Positions 50,725-58,907 of a stretch of 64,000 nucleotides of DNA are shown piece by piece; positions within the stretch are counted from its first letter, which is position 1, and each line of letters opens with the position of its first letter. The notes beneath the pieces were generated by a model that was not told where the DNA came from, searched no databases, and saw only the letters and a program-made list of their open reading frames with translations. The stretch is from Phycisphaerae bacterium (GTDB lineage Bacteria > Planctomycetota > Phycisphaerae > UBA1845 > Fen-1342), in the NCBI GenBank assembly GCA_963675745.2, contig CAXXWX010000019.1, forward strand, positions 192,001 to 256,000, read 5' to 3'. The position numbers and the translations under genes were made by a program.

Positions 50725-51312
50725 TCATTCCTCACCGTCACTGTTTGCGTCGGAAGTCGCGTTGTCAGCCGAGGCGCCCACCTGCTCTCCCAGCGCGGTC
50801 GCCCAGCCATCCTTGATCCGCTCAAAACGTCGATCGAGCGATTTGATGATTAGATCCACCGGCGATTGGTCGGCGTACAATTTCGCATCCACTCCCGCCA
50901 GGCGCAGCGCCTTGGCACGCTCAAACTGCAACGCCCAGAATTCCAACAAGTCACGTTCGTTCCACGCCTCGTTCAGTGCCTCTCGTTGGGCGGCGTTCAG
51001 CGTCGCATCATCCTGCTCGAGGCGGTGCAACAGATCGCGGTGCAACATGATCCGCAACCCCTCGTGCTGACGCTGGAAGACGAACTGCTGTACCTCGTCG
51101 GCGCGCTGCTGGGCGTTGAGCGCCAGACGCAGCGACGGTGCCGTGCAACCTCCCACCAGCAGCACCATAAGAACCAGCACCAGCGCTCGGCGGCAGAACC
51201 GGTGCAACGTGACGCCGTGACTCTCTTGTGCATTCACTGCCAGATCCTCACAAACCCGCGCGGCTGCGCGCCGCGGTCCCCGTTCACGATTCTCGCTTCG
51301 CGCGATGACCAT
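50725..51312 (-). CDS. Putative helical lipoprotein
   Basis: Lipobox VLLVGGC followed by coiled/helical sequence; GGAGG RBS. Confidence 0.6.
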   Translation of the reverse strand: MVIARSENRERGPRRAAARVCEDLAVNAQESHGVTLHRFCRRALVLVLMVLLVGGCTAPSLRLALNAQQRADEVQQFVFQRQHEGLRIMLHRDLLHRLEQDDATLNAAQREALNEAWNERDLLEFWALQFERAKALRLAGVDAKLYADQSPVDLIIKSLDRRFERIKDGWATALGEQVGASADNATSDANSDGEE

Positions 51313-51316
51313 GCCC

Positions 51317-51616
51317 TCAACCTCCCAGTTCGCCGAGCAACCGCACGGCACACACAAAACCGTCCGTCCATTTCTCAGCACTGATCGCCTCGGCGAGCTG
51401 CTGAACGGTGTCGCGCAGGGCGCTGTCGGACAGCCAGCCACCCGCCGGCGCTTCGCGCGAGAGCGTGGCGTCGTTGTAGTCGCGCGCCGCTGGTGTCTGT
51501 GTCTGCTGTACGTGCTGGGCTTCGATAAGCAGTGCGTCGATCACCTGCCGCGCCGCGCGGACAAAGGTGCGCGCCGTGTTCTGATCCAACTGTTCCGCGA
51601 ATGTCACGAGGTCCAT
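51317..51616 (-). CDS. Hypothetical protein (99 aa)
   Basis: GGAGG RBS, compact operon spacing. Confidence 0.65.
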   Translation of the reverse strand: MDLVTFAEQLDQNTARTFVRAARQVIDALLIEAQHVQQTQTPAARDYNDATLSREAPAGGWLSDSALRDTVQQLAEAISAEKWTDGFVCAVRLLGELGG

Positions 51617-51679
51617 CGTATGCCTCCGTTGTACAAGGCCGCGCTACCCGCGGCCGGGGTCCGATGTGCCGGCCGATTG

Positions 51680-51967
51680 CTACGCCTGGTCCAGCACCTC
51701 GAGTTGGTGCGAAAGACGGGCAAACCACTCGGCCTCTGTTTCCCGCTGCGAACGCAGTTCCTCACGCAGCGCGGTCAGCGCCGCCGTGTTTGTTCCGATC
51801 ACGTCAAGCAGGCGGTCATTAATGTCGATGAGCTGGGCTGCATGCGATTGCGACGCCTCGACGGCACGCGATGTTCGTACGCGCTCCTGACGCTCATACC
51901 ACCACATCACGAATAGCAGCCCCGCGATCCCCAGCGATGGAATCTGCTCCACGACCGCGTCGAGCAT
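51680..51967 (-). CDS. Single-TM + coiled-coil protein, BhlA/UviB holin-like
   Basis: SLGIAGLLFVMWWYERQER...NTAALTALREEL; TGATG overlap with the upstream gene. Confidence 0.6.
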   Translation of the reverse strand: MLDAVVEQIPSLGIAGLLFVMWWYERQERVRTSRAVEASQSHAAQLIDINDRLLDVIGTNTAALTALREELRSQRETEAEWFARLSHQLEVLDQA

Positions 51968-52293
51968 CACGGCACCAACTCGTACCACACGGTCAACTGG
52001 AAGTCCTTGTCGAGTCCGTCCATGCTGTTCGTGAACACCAGCGCTTCGCCGATTTTGGTTGTCACCCCATACTCGCGCCCGAAGAACAGGTCATGCGGGG
52101 CATAGCTGTCGATTCGCAGCCAGCCAAGAATGGTCGTCGGCGTCTCCTCCCCCAGACGCGACTTCAATGTCAGCCTGCCGGTGTCCGTGCCGCTGTACAG
52201 CACGCGCGTGATCAGCACGCGCTTGCCGGCAACAGCCGCCACAAGTTCGGCGTTAATCTGAGACCCCGAGTGTTGCGCCGTGGCAATCGCCAT
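51967..52293 (-). CDS. Hypothetical beta-rich virion-type protein (108 aa)
   Basis: AGGAG RBS, MAIATAQHSG start; follows the gp36-like adaptor. Confidence 0.65.
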   Translation of the reverse strand: MAIATAQHSGSQINAELVAAVAGKRVLITRVLYSGTDTGRLTLKSRLGEETPTTILGWLRIDSYAPHDLFFGREYGVTTKIGEALVFTNSMDGLDKDFQLTVWYELVP

Positions 52294-52348
52294 CTTCTGT
52301 ATCTCCTGTGTCTCAACAATGGTCGCGCAGGTACGCCGGATGCCGCGC

Positions 52349-52801
52349 TCAAAGTCCGTCGAGTTCGTCTCCGGTGAACTTGCGCGCACTCCCCGAATAC
52401 CGCGGCGAATCGTCCACCGCCGTCGGGCCGGCAATCGGGCGCGCCGCCGGTAGGTTGATCGCGCCGCGCGCCACTCCCTTGAACCACTCAGTGGTGGCCA
52501 GGTACACATCACGGACGCGACCCGGAATGTCACCCACGAACGGCGAGCTCTTCCACGCACCGTACTCAGCAAAATCCAACACTCGCGCCTGTAAGGTCGC
52601 TTCAAGGTCCGCGTTGGCGCTGATGTTGATCGGTGTCGCGTAACGCACTGACAAATAGCTGTCGGCTTCCGACTGGGCTTCGTCAATGATCTGTTGCGCG
52701 ACGCTCGCTGATGCCGTCTTGCCATCAACCCTGTCTGTGAGCCGCGCGTAGAGCAAACTGCCCAGCCGGGCAGTGAGATCCGCGGTCGTGATGTATGCCA
52801 C
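52349..52801 (-). CDS. Mu gp36-like (DUF1320) head-tail adaptor protein
   Basis: AYITTADL..RL...LTD; I.EA.SEADSYL..RYATP; Y..A..W...VARG.I.L; RKFTGDEL pattern; GAGGAG RBS. Confidence 0.85.
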   Translation of the reverse strand: MAYITTADLTARLGSLLYARLTDRVDGKTASASVAQQIIDEAQSEADSYLSVRYATPINISANADLEATLQARVLDFAEYGAWKSSPFVGDIPGRVRDVYLATTEWFKGVARGAINLPAARPIAGPTAVDDSPRYSGSARKFTGDELDGL

Positions 52802-52888
52802 TGTCGCTCTCCTCGGCGGCGCGCCCGGGGTCACGTGGACCCCGGTGCGACACCGCTGTGGGAAAAGGCTCCCCCGCTCGCGTTTCTG

Positions 52889-53818
52889 TTATGTCAGCGT
52901 CACCAGGCAGGCGTTTTGCCAGAAGCCATACCCCGCCTCGTGAATCGCCTTCACGCCGTACTGGTGCTGGTTCTCATTGATCTCGAGCTCACTGCCCTCG
53001 GCCAGGGCCTGCACCTGGACGGGAAGCTCTTCCTGGAATATGAACGGGCGCGTCTCGCCATCACCACGAAAGATGGCGAACTTGGTCGTCCAGCTCAGTC
53101 GCGGATTGGCGACCCACTCGACACGAAACGGCTCCGGCCCGGCCAGTGGATTAACCGTGCCATCACCGGGCTTGCCGGTCAGGGCGGCCAACGTCGCCGG
53201 CAGGAAGGGCATCGGTACCATCACCATGAAATCACGCGACGACTCGTTCAGCGGCTCACCCGCGTCATCCTTGAGCCCCATCAGTTGCGTGATGCCGTGG
53301 ACGATCCCCTCGTACATCTCGATTTCGGTTGGCGCGGTTGGTGTCGCGACGTCATGCGTGATGCTGTTGCTCTGCGCGCCCGAATCACCCTCATTGTGGT
53401 CCGTGGCAAAAAAATTGCTGCCGTCGTACGCCGCTGAGCTCTCGCCGGCTTGCAGCAGCGTCGTCAACAGCTTGTTGGGATGGGTGGCCACGCGCCGCGC
53501 CATCTCGTTGACGCGCACCATGATCTGCCCGGTCTTGTCACGCCGCTGTTCATCGGCATCGACACGTATCGTCGACTCCCACACCTTGTTGACGATCGTC
53601 ACGCCCTGCGCGCTCAGCGGCTTGACGCGGCGACCACCAACCCACTCGCGCACCTGGGGGACCATCCCCAGCCAGCGATACGTCTCACTTTCCTGCGCGC
53701 TGGAGAAATGCAGCGCCAGTTTGGTCCACCACGCGGCTTGCGCGTACTCCTCGAGTCGGCGGTAAAACCGCCCGATGATCGCGCGCGACGTTAATCCTGT
53801 CTCAGTCACAACTGCCAT
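52889..53818 (-). CDS. Mu-like prophage major head subunit (gpT family, HK97 fold)
   Basis: ETYRWLGMVPQVREWVG.R, IVNKVWESTI.V, HPNKL..LL..G, YDGSNFFATDH, GYGFWQ. Confidence 0.92.
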   Translation of the reverse strand: MAVVTETGLTSRAIIGRFYRRLEEYAQAAWWTKLALHFSSAQESETYRWLGMVPQVREWVGGRRVKPLSAQGVTIVNKVWESTIRVDADEQRRDKTGQIMVRVNEMARRVATHPNKLLTTLLQAGESSAAYDGSNFFATDHNEGDSGAQSNSITHDVATPTAPTEIEMYEGIVHGITQLMGLKDDAGEPLNESSRDFMVMVPMPFLPATLAALTGKPGDGTVNPLAGPEPFRVEWVANPRLSWTTKFAIFRGDGETRPFIFQEELPVQVQALAEGSELEINENQHQYGVKAIHEAGYGFWQNACLVTLT

Positions 53819-53872
53819 GTTCTTGTCTCCCAATCGGTCTCTGCTTGTCTCTTTTGATTCGTCAGCCAGGTC

Positions 53873-54017
53873 GTTCAGTCAGTTCTCAGTGTTCAGTTGT
53901 CAGTTTCAGCAGCGACAACACCCGCCGAGATCAGCGAACCTGTAACGCGAATCAGCGCCACGGCCGCAGCATCTGTGTTCGCTGTTTCTGTTCCTGAAGA
54001 CTGAACACTGAAAACTC
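53873..54017. repeat. Heptamer-based imperfect inverted repeat between the cement and major capsid genes
   Basis: cagttctcagtgttcagttgtcag (about 53880-53903) vs ctgaagactgaacactgaaaactc (about 53994-54017); same unit family as 23885-23920. Confidence 0.75.
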
Positions 54018-54022
54018 CTCCG

Positions 54023-54433
54023 TTACTGCCATGGCTGACAGCGCACGCGCGCGAGGTTGGTTCCTTCGAGCCCGATCAGCACACCGATCGCGCTGTTCCC
54101 GCTCGACGTAAGCGTCAACGTGCCGTCGTCGCTGGCGTACACAACGCTGCCCACGTCGCTCTGCGTAACCCCGCTCAGCGTGTGGACAATGTCCACGACC
54201 TGGTGCAGGCGCGCCGCAATACCGCCGGCCGCGTGTCCCGCAATCGTGTTGTCCGCCTGACGGTAGGCCACGCCCACGAACGTGTCTGCGGCGACAAGCG
54301 GTCGCGCGTATCCCGTGCTGGCGTTCAATCCGACCAAGGCCCCCTTGAAGATCACAACGTCATCATCGACCGGCACGTCGATCAGTTCCTGTGTGGCAAA
54401 AAACTCCACTTCGCGATCCGCAGTCAACGCCAT
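54023..54433 (-). CDS. Capsid cement/decoration protein (DUF2190/RecA-like-fold phage family)
   Basis: MALTADR..., PV....IFKGALV, FVGVA, VTQSDVGSVVYASDDGTLT, AIG; strong RBS GAAGGAGA; lies between protease and capsid genes. Confidence 0.82.
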   Translation of the reverse strand: MALTADREVEFFATQELIDVPVDDDVVIFKGALVGLNASTGYARPLVAADTFVGVAYRQADNTIAGHAAGGIAARLHQVVDIVHTLSGVTQSDVGSVVYASDDGTLTLTSSGNSAIGVLIGLEGTNLARVRCQPWQ

Positions 54434-54480
54434 TGGTGATATCTCCTTCATGTTGGGTGACAGCTTCCGCCGCCAAATGA

Positions 54481-55665
54481 TCAAATGCTCGTGGACACCG
54501 AGCCACGCCGTACGCGGCCCGCAAGCACCGCGCGCTCATACGCCGTCAGATCCTCAACTTCGATCCCCGCGCGCCGAAAGGCATCGGCGTTGCGCGCGTA
54601 GGTCAGCTCGACATCCGATCGTGCCAGCACGTCGCCGCGCGCATCGAGTTCCACGACGCGCCCCGGCGGCAGCAAGACAGGCGCGCGCGCCAACCGGGCC
54701 GCCGTCGCTTGCGGATCGCGCAGGTAGTCCTCGCGCCAATCCATGCTGTTGGCGTCGAGGATCTTCCCCACGCGCATGCCACGCTCGACAAACGTGTCGG
54801 CCTCTTGTCCAGCGAGTTGCCGCCGCAGCCGCGCCACTTCTTCCTGTGCAGCATCCAATTCGCGTTCGGCCAGCAGCGCCGCTTCGAGCGTGATCTGGTC
54901 TTCGGAGTCGCCGTTGATAGCTGCGGGCTGAACGCCGCGTGAGGCGGCGAGCGGCGTAACATCGTGCATCGCAGGGTCATTGGTAAGTGCCACCGGCCCC
55001 AACGCCGCCACATCACCATGATCCTCGTCGGCCCAGTAGATCACGGGCGAGAAGTAGCGGTACTCCCCGGCCGCCAGCAGTGTCTTGGCTCGATCCGTCC
55101 ACGTGACGTCCACGGCCCACAGACCGTCATCGCGCACCTCGAGCCTGCCGATCCAACCCGCCGCCGGTCGCAAACCGTCCGCGCGTGTGTTGAGATGCTC
55201 AAAGCTCTGGTGCTCATAGTCGATCGCCAGCTTGCGCCCCAGGCCGTCGAACCACCGCTTGGCCGAGTCCGCGTGCCGGCGCGTGAATTCAAAGCTGCCG
55301 CCCGACACCGGGTGTTCAACCTCTATCGCCCCAAACGGAATGAGCAGCCATTCACTCACCGGCTCGGCTCGGCGTGTCGCCAGGACACTGTACGTGTTGG
55401 CATCGCAGTCAACGCACATGTCGGCGGCTTGCACGAGTTCATGGGCACGCAGGCGGTCAAGCGCATCGGTCATGATCTCGCTGACACGCCCGAAATCAGC
55501 CTCAACCCCGCTGCTTAGCAGCGCCAACGCCTCTCTGAGCCCATCACCGATGATCGGCGGTGGTGGGAATGCTGCCCGCGGAGGCTCGCAGGTGTTTCTG
55601 GTTGTATCTGTGCGTTCCAAGCTGATCACCTCGCTTTCTGCGTTTCGTTGTCCATCCCGCCGCAC
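54481..55665 (-). CDS. Mu-like prophage I protein (head maturation protease/scaffold)
   Basis: LAIDYEHQS, PAAGWI, GLWAVDVTWT.RA..L..GEYRYFSPV, VALTNDPAM; C-terminal coiled scaffold. Start uncertain. Confidence 0.9.
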   Translation of the reverse strand: MRRDGQRNAESEVISLERTDTTRNTCEPPRAAFPPPPIIGDGLREALALLSSGVEADFGRVSEIMTDALDRLRAHELVQAADMCVDCDANTYSVLATRRAEPVSEWLLIPFGAIEVEHPVSGGSFEFTRRHADSAKRWFDGLGRKLAIDYEHQSFEHLNTRADGLRPAAGWIGRLEVRDDGLWAVDVTWTDRAKTLLAAGEYRYFSPVIYWADEDHGDVAALGPVALTNDPAMHDVTPLAASRGVQPAAINGDSEDQITLEAALLAERELDAAQEEVARLRRQLAGQEADTFVERGMRVGKILDANSMDWREDYLRDPQATAARLARAPVLLPPGRVVELDARGDVLARSDVELTYARNADAFRRAGIEVEDLTAYERAVLAGRVRRGSVSTSI

Positions 55666-55675
55666 GACGCGCGGC

Positions 55676-56164
55676 TCAACTCGCCTTGACCCGGCGCCGC
55701 TTACTCTCGGCGGGCGCTTGAACCATGAGCTCGACGTTCCCCTTGCTGCTGCACCGACCGGTCGAACGAAACCCCAGCGCCTCGTAAAAGCGGCGCGGAT
55801 TGCCCGAGCTCATGTCGAGCTTGCAGCGCACCTCGGTCGATCCTGTCTGACGAATCAGCGCACGCCCCACTCCCAGCCCCCGATACGCCGGATGCACCAG
55901 CACGTTGATCAGCCGCTTGCCGGCGGTCTGTATCGCGATGCCGACCAAAATCGCGTCGACTTCCGCAATGAAAACGCGGTGGTGCTTGCCGGACAGGATG
56001 TCCGCGAGTTGGCCGCGCCGCATGAAGTAGTCCTTGCGCAAAACCGTGTCGAAGAAGAACAGCAACGGCTCGACGTCCGTCGGCCCCACCCGCCGCACAC
56101 TGAGGTTCGCCACACGCCTTGGTTCCGCCGTGGCGCTATCGTTTTTCCGCGTGCGTTTGTTCAC
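55676..56164 (-). CDS. GNAT family N-acetyltransferase
   Basis: Motif A VHPAYRGLGVGRAL and RRFYEALGF; GTG start overlaps the portal stop (GTGA). Confidence 0.85.
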   Translation of the reverse strand: MNKRTRKNDSATAEPRRVANLSVRRVGPTDVEPLLFFFDTVLRKDYFMRRGQLADILSGKHHRVFIAEVDAILVGIAIQTAGKRLINVLVHPAYRGLGVGRALIRQTGSTEVRCKLDMSSGNPRRFYEALGFRSTGRCSSKGNVELMVQAPAESKRRRVKAS

Positions 56165-57480
56165 GATTGGCCCTCCCGCGAGACGGTGGTTTCGCCACTC
56201 TGAGCCTGCGGGATGCCCAACGCCTGGTGCAACCATGGCAGCGGTATGGACAGTCCCAGGTCGTTGACCGCAACGGCCAACGTCTCGGCCAGGACTTTCG
56301 TATCCACCGATTGCACCAACGACCGCCGAAAGTGCGGCACGGGAACATCATCGCCAAAGCGCGCCTGCACGATCGGCTTGAGCACATCGCGGCGCAGCGT
56401 GTCTGCCTCGTCGTTTATGTCGTCGACAAGCAGGTCTTCGCGGACGCGGTCGTGGACCTCCGCCGCCGCACGCGAGCCCGTGTTTCCCATGTCGGTCGTC
56501 AGGTGTTGCCCCAGCCAGAGAATGGTTATCTCGGTATTGCAGTAGTCCTGGAGTGGCAGGTAAGGCTTGTCACCGCCCTTGGATTCGAGAAAGTCCATCT
56601 CGACGTTCTTGCTGAACGCCGCCACCGCGTCGGTGCCCAAACGCGTGAGCATCTTCAGCAGCTCACTCTTGTCGGGCTCCGGCGTGCCGGGTTCATAACG
56701 CGCGACCCGCACGGGCATGCCGGCGATCTGCGAGTAGATAAGCCAATCTTTGAAGCTCAGGTTCTGGGCCACATAGAGCAGCACGGAGGCACGCAGCAAC
56801 CCATCCTCAAAGTGTCGTCCCGGACGCGGGCGCGGCTTGTGAACGATCCATTTGGTCGGGTGTTCGTCGAGCGCAATCCCGAATGAGGCGCTGTCCGCCG
56901 TGCGCACGCACAGCCGCCACGGCTGCTGCGGGTCGGCGACCAGGCGCGAGTACGGCACGGGCACAACATCCACCAGCCGACCACGCTCCCACACCAGTTC
57001 GGCAACGGATATGCCATAGCCGATTGCGTTGGCCAGGTGGTCGAGCGCTTCACGGAATCGGTCAAGCCCCGCAAGCGTTGCTCGGCAATGTTCAACCGCG
57101 GCAGCCGCATCCCCCGCGATACTCCGGTGATCGGCGCTCTTGCAGTCTGGCGGCGACTGCAACTGCCCGGGTGAGAGCTCCCACTCCAGTCCGGTCAGCG
57201 CCAGGCGGCGCGTCGCCTCGACGGCGGCCAGCCGCGGCCATTTTTGCAGCATCTCGGAGAACAGTTCGAATTGCAGTTGCGGCGCGCCGGAGTCGGCGCT
57301 TTGCAGGAAGCTCAGCAGGCGGGCGGGCGTGATGCCCACGCTGGGGTACATGCGCAAGCTGTCCTCGCGCCAGGGCCGGATCACACGGCCATCGCACGCC
57401 GGCGCGGTTTTCTCTCCCGGCAGCAGCGATCCCAGGGTCTTTAGCAGGCTGAGGGCATGACGGCGGGTCTTCTTGAGCAC
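56161..57480 (-). CDS. Mu gp29-like (DUF935) portal protein
   Basis: GITPARL, LFSEM, RRLAL, AIGYGISVAELVW, GLLR, W..Y....GMPVRVARY, LGQHLTT, GSRAAAEVH..VR.D; AAGGAGG RBS + GTG. Confidence 0.92.
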   Translation of the reverse strand: MLKKTRRHALSLLKTLGSLLPGEKTAPACDGRVIRPWREDSLRMYPSVGITPARLLSFLQSADSGAPQLQFELFSEMLQKWPRLAAVEATRRLALTGLEWELSPGQLQSPPDCKSADHRSIAGDAAAAVEHCRATLAGLDRFREALDHLANAIGYGISVAELVWERGRLVDVVPVPYSRLVADPQQPWRLCVRTADSASFGIALDEHPTKWIVHKPRPRPGRHFEDGLLRASVLLYVAQNLSFKDWLIYSQIAGMPVRVARYEPGTPEPDKSELLKMLTRLGTDAVAAFSKNVEMDFLESKGGDKPYLPLQDYCNTEITILWLGQHLTTDMGNTGSRAAAEVHDRVREDLLVDDINDEADTLRRDVLKPIVQARFGDDVPVPHFRRSLVQSVDTKVLAETLAVAVNDLGLSIPLPWLHQALGIPQAQSGETTVSREGQS

Positions 57481-57534
57481 GGCGGCAGCCTCCTTCACGC
57501 GGGGGGGCTGACCGCGCCCACGCCGCATGCATCA

Positions 57535-57561
57535 AGAATAGCACAGAAGTCTAGCTATTCT
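57535..57561. promoter_or_regulatory. Inverted repeat AGAATAGC-N11-GCTATTCT, candidate operator upstream of the head operon
   Basis: Perfect 8-bp dyad in an AT-richer patch about 55 nt upstream of the portal start. Confidence 0.45.
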
Positions 57562-57704
57562 AGGACTAGCCGTCGGCCTGGCGCCGTCTGCGCCGCATTG
57601 CGCTGTTCTGGTGGACTATCCCCCTGCCAAGTCACCGGCCCCAACGAGTGGAAATTGTCCCCCGCACCTCGCGCCCGGGGCCGCACGCTCCTCTCGGGCG
57701 CGGA

Positions 57705-58148
57705 TTACTCGGGCACGCCGTCGGCGGTGCGTTGTCGCGCCGCCCCTACGCGCGTGCTGCCGCACTCCGGGCACTTCACGGTCTCACTCGTGTCCGCCGG
57801 CACAAACCGCTCGTTACACGCGCGGCATTCCCATACCGGATAGCAATCACGCGACCCCGTGTCAGGGCACACCGCCGGATAAACCCGTTGGGCATCCATG
57901 GGCAGCTCGAATTCGGCGCCGGTCGACAGGCTGCGCACTATCACGACAGCCGGAGTCGCCTTGCCCCCTGGTTGAGCGCTTAGCATGACGTAGACCACGC
58001 CGGCGGTCAGGAGCAACGCAAGCCCGATCGTCGCCATCAGCCAATGATGGCGACGCAGGCGCCGGGCAAATGCGCCGACAGAGACATCGCCGTCGCCGTC
58101 AATCGCCGAGTGGAGCGTTCTTAGTGATTGTGATCCATCACGACGCAT
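57705..58148 (-). CDS. Membrane-anchored protein with Cys-rich (Zn-ribbon-like) C-terminus
   Basis: One TM helix; CPDTG..C, ECRAC, CPECGS. Confidence 0.65.
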   Translation of the reverse strand: MRRDGSQSLRTLHSAIDGDGDVSVGAFARRLRRHHWLMATIGLALLLTAGVVYVMLSAQPGGKATPAVVIVRSLSTGAEFELPMDAQRVYPAVCPDTGSRDCYPVWECRACNERFVPADTSETVKCPECGSTRVGAARQRTADGVPE

Positions 58149-58271
58149 GCTCGATCCTCGTCCGCCATCTAATATGGTACCGGCGCGAATTGGGCAAGGC
58201 GTCAAACCTCACTCCTCAAATGCCGCCGCCTCCCTCGCTCTCCATCTCCGGCCTGCTACACTACCACTACC

Positions 58272-58751
58272 ATGAGCTTCCGCACCGGCATCGGCTACGA
58301 TCTCCACCGCACCACCGAACAGCGCCCGCTCGTGCTCGGCGGCGTGACGATTGACGCCCCGTTCGGCCTCGCCGGCCATAGCGATGCTGATGTCGTGCTG
58401 CATGCGCTATGCGACGCACTGCTGGGGGCCGCGGGCCTCGGCGACATCGGCGAGCTCTTCCCGGATACCGATCCCACTTACGAGAATGCGGACAGTTGTG
58501 TGTTCGTCCACGAAGTCCTGCGACGCGTCCGCGCCGCCGGCTTCGAACCGGTCAACGTCGACATCATCATCCACGCCCAAAAGCCCAAGCTCGGCGAACA
58601 CAAGTCGACCATCCGGGCGTCACTCGCCAAGCTGTGCAGCCTGCCCTCCGAAGCCGTCGGCGTGAAGGCCACCACCAACGAGGGCCTCGACGCCATCGGT
58701 CGCGGCGAGGCACTCGCCTGCTGGGCAACCGTGTTGCTGGCATCCCGCTGA
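58272..58751 (+). CDS. ispF: 2-C-methyl-D-erythritol 2,4-cyclodiphosphate synthase
   Basis: RTGIGYDLH, GHSDADV.LHA.CDALLGA.GLGDIG.FPD, VKATTNEGL..IGRGE. Confidence 0.97.
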   Translation: MSFRTGIGYDLHRTTEQRPLVLGGVTIDAPFGLAGHSDADVVLHALCDALLGAAGLGDIGELFPDTDPTYENADSCVFVHEVLRRVRAAGFEPVNVDIIIHAQKPKLGEHKSTIRASLAKLCSLPSEAVGVKATTNEGLDAIGRGEALACWATVLLASR

Positions 58752-58907
58752 GGTGACGTCACGCACGTCGCGCAGTCCACCTGCCTGCCGCCTCAAATCC
58801 GGCCGGCGAGCGATATGTAGGCGCTGGGGCGGCCTGCCGCTATATTTCCCCTGGAAGCCCCGCGGCGGTGCGGTTCGCGCGTCGGCTACGAGTGGGAGCG
58901 TTTTGCG

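Larger units (their letters stand above)
50505..57480 (-). mobile_element. Phage-derived (Mu-like) head-only operon; prophage remnant or domesticated capsid system
   Basis: Eleven co-oriented, closely spaced ORFs; no terminase, tail, integrase or transposase in or next to it. Confidence 0.8.

Noticed and set aside
52889..53818. Classical encapsulin shell
   Set aside because: Motifs match Mu gpT, and it is accompanied by portal and protease genes, which encapsulin operons lack.
50505..57480. Complete, inducible Mu-like prophage
   Set aside because: No transposase A/B, repressor, terminase, tail or terminal repeats visible in the window.
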